A DNA stretch of 64,000 nucleotides. It comes from a virus. Taxonomy: Duplodnaviria; Caudoviricetes. The notes under the pieces were generated by a model that made no database searches, was not told the DNA's origin, and worked only from the letters and a program-made list of their open reading frames with translations. The number at the start of each line of letters is the position of its first letter. The first letter of the stretch is position 1. The DNA is taken from positions 64,001-128,000 of IMG/VR virus record IMGVR_UViG_3300036778_000062. One strand, 5' to 3'. Made by a program: the position numbers and the translations under genes. Of the stretch, positions 63,167-64,000 are shown piece after piece.

Positions 63167-63936
63167 TGGTCGCCGCAGCTCGCAAGGTCGAGAAAACCGA
63201 CAATCTTCCGCCGCCGCTTGTCAGCGCCGAACAGCTCGTAGCGGACTTCAAGCATCTGGTCGATGAGGTCGATGCGATCGAGGCCGAATGCGCCGATTTA
63301 CCGAACGTCGCCGAAGACGAGGAGGATTTGGCGCTGATCACCGCAGCGGCAACCAAAATCATCAAGCAGACGAAAGTTAACGAGGAAAAGCGCAAGGACG
63401 AAAAGCGCCCATACCTCGATGCAGAAGAGGTGCTGGATGATTTCTTCAAGCACGGGCTCAACGCGCGTCTACAGGTGATCAAGAGCGGCCTGGAGCAAGT
63501 CTCTACTGCCTACCAGAAAAAGAAAGCGCAGCGCGAGCAGGCTGCACGCGACAAAGCGGCTGCAGAAGCCGCAGCGCGCGCAGAGGCGGCGCAGAAGACT
63601 GTTGTCCAGGCGGTGCAGTCCGGCGATGTCGGCGCGACAACTGCGGCAGTGACGCAAGCCAATTCTCTGACCGCATTCGCGAACCGGGCGATGGCGGCAG
63701 CTGCAGCGCCAACCTCGTCGATGGCGACCGTGAAGACGGACACCGGCAGTGCGTCACTGGTCGACAACTGGACATTCGAAGACGTCGACATGAACACGAT
63801 CGACCTCGAAGCGTTGCGGCCGTTCCTCGCCCAAGCGTCGGTTGAGCAGGCGCTGCGGGCATTCATCAAGTCCGGTCGCCGCCAGATCAGGGGCGCGGTC
63901 ATCTTCAACGACAGCAAGTCCCGCTTCCGCGGCTGA
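63166..63936 (+). CDS. Coiled-coil recombination-module protein
   Basis: E.KRK.EK.PYL......D.FF; R.I.G..I C-terminus. Confidence 0.7.
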   Translation: MVAAARKVEKTDNLPPPLVSAEQLVADFKHLVDEVDAIEAECADLPNVAEDEEDLALITAAATKIIKQTKVNEEKRKDEKRPYLDAEEVLDDFFKHGLNARLQVIKSGLEQVSTAYQKKKAQREQAARDKAAAEAAARAEAAQKTVVQAVQSGDVGATTAAVTQANSLTAFANRAMAAAAAPTSSMATVKTDTGSASLVDNWTFEDVDMNTIDLEALRPFLAQASVEQALRAFIKSGRRQIRGAVIFNDSKSRFRG

Positions 63937-63951
63937 GAACAGGAGAATCGA

Positions 63952-64000
63952 ATGCCAGACATGGATGTTAACGATCGTCGCAACGCCTTGGACGCGTTCG
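63952..64000 (+). CDS. Start of the next early gene (possibly an ssDNA-annealing recombinase), truncated by the window
   Basis: AGGAG RBS plus MPDMDVNDRRNALDAF; function inferred from position only. Confidence 0.45.
   Translation, partial: MPDMDVNDRRNALDAF

Larger units (their letters stand above)
4310..64000. mobile_element. Prophage B: temperate myovirus, extending beyond the right edge
   Basis: Complete lysis, tail, head, terminase, replication, immunity and recombination modules in lambdoid order; the left boundary at the att fragment is inferred. Confidence 0.92.

Overview
GC-rich alphaproteobacterial DNA (Bradyrhizobium/Nitrobacteraceae-like by inference from gene content) that is almost entirely prophage. 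Bases 1-4309 are the right end of one integrated element (small coupled phage genes, GNAT, GIY-YIG-HTH/XRE operon), closed by a duplicated 3' fragment of tRNA-Asp(GTC), an att site. From ~4310 to the window end lies a second, apparently intact temperate myovirus. In order it carries an accessory end (SRAP, GT-C-like membrane protein), lysis genes (holin-like fusion, class-3 lipase, GH25 endolysin), Gly-rich fibres, baseplate, tail and a DUF2184/DUF2213/MuF/DUF1073 head with terminase. It continues with a radical SAM/methyltransferase-like/Csp/ParB-N module, a counter-oriented early operon (DUF932, truncated N6-MTase-like), an AAA_25 helicase, RuvC-like, GcrA, cro/cI immunity region and YqaJ recombination genes. 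No integrase is visible in the window. Most notable: (1) a host-type parS centromere overlapping a repressor operator 11 kb from cI; (2) several virion-module genes with classical signal peptides; (3) a LysB-like lipase with no obvious spanin; (4) a portal with a long C-terminal cargo behind an AxD motif shared by head proteins; (5) genomically encoded ssrA-like ANDN...AA tags; (6) two separate GGGACA iteron arrays. All family assignments come from motif recognition by eye, with no database searches.
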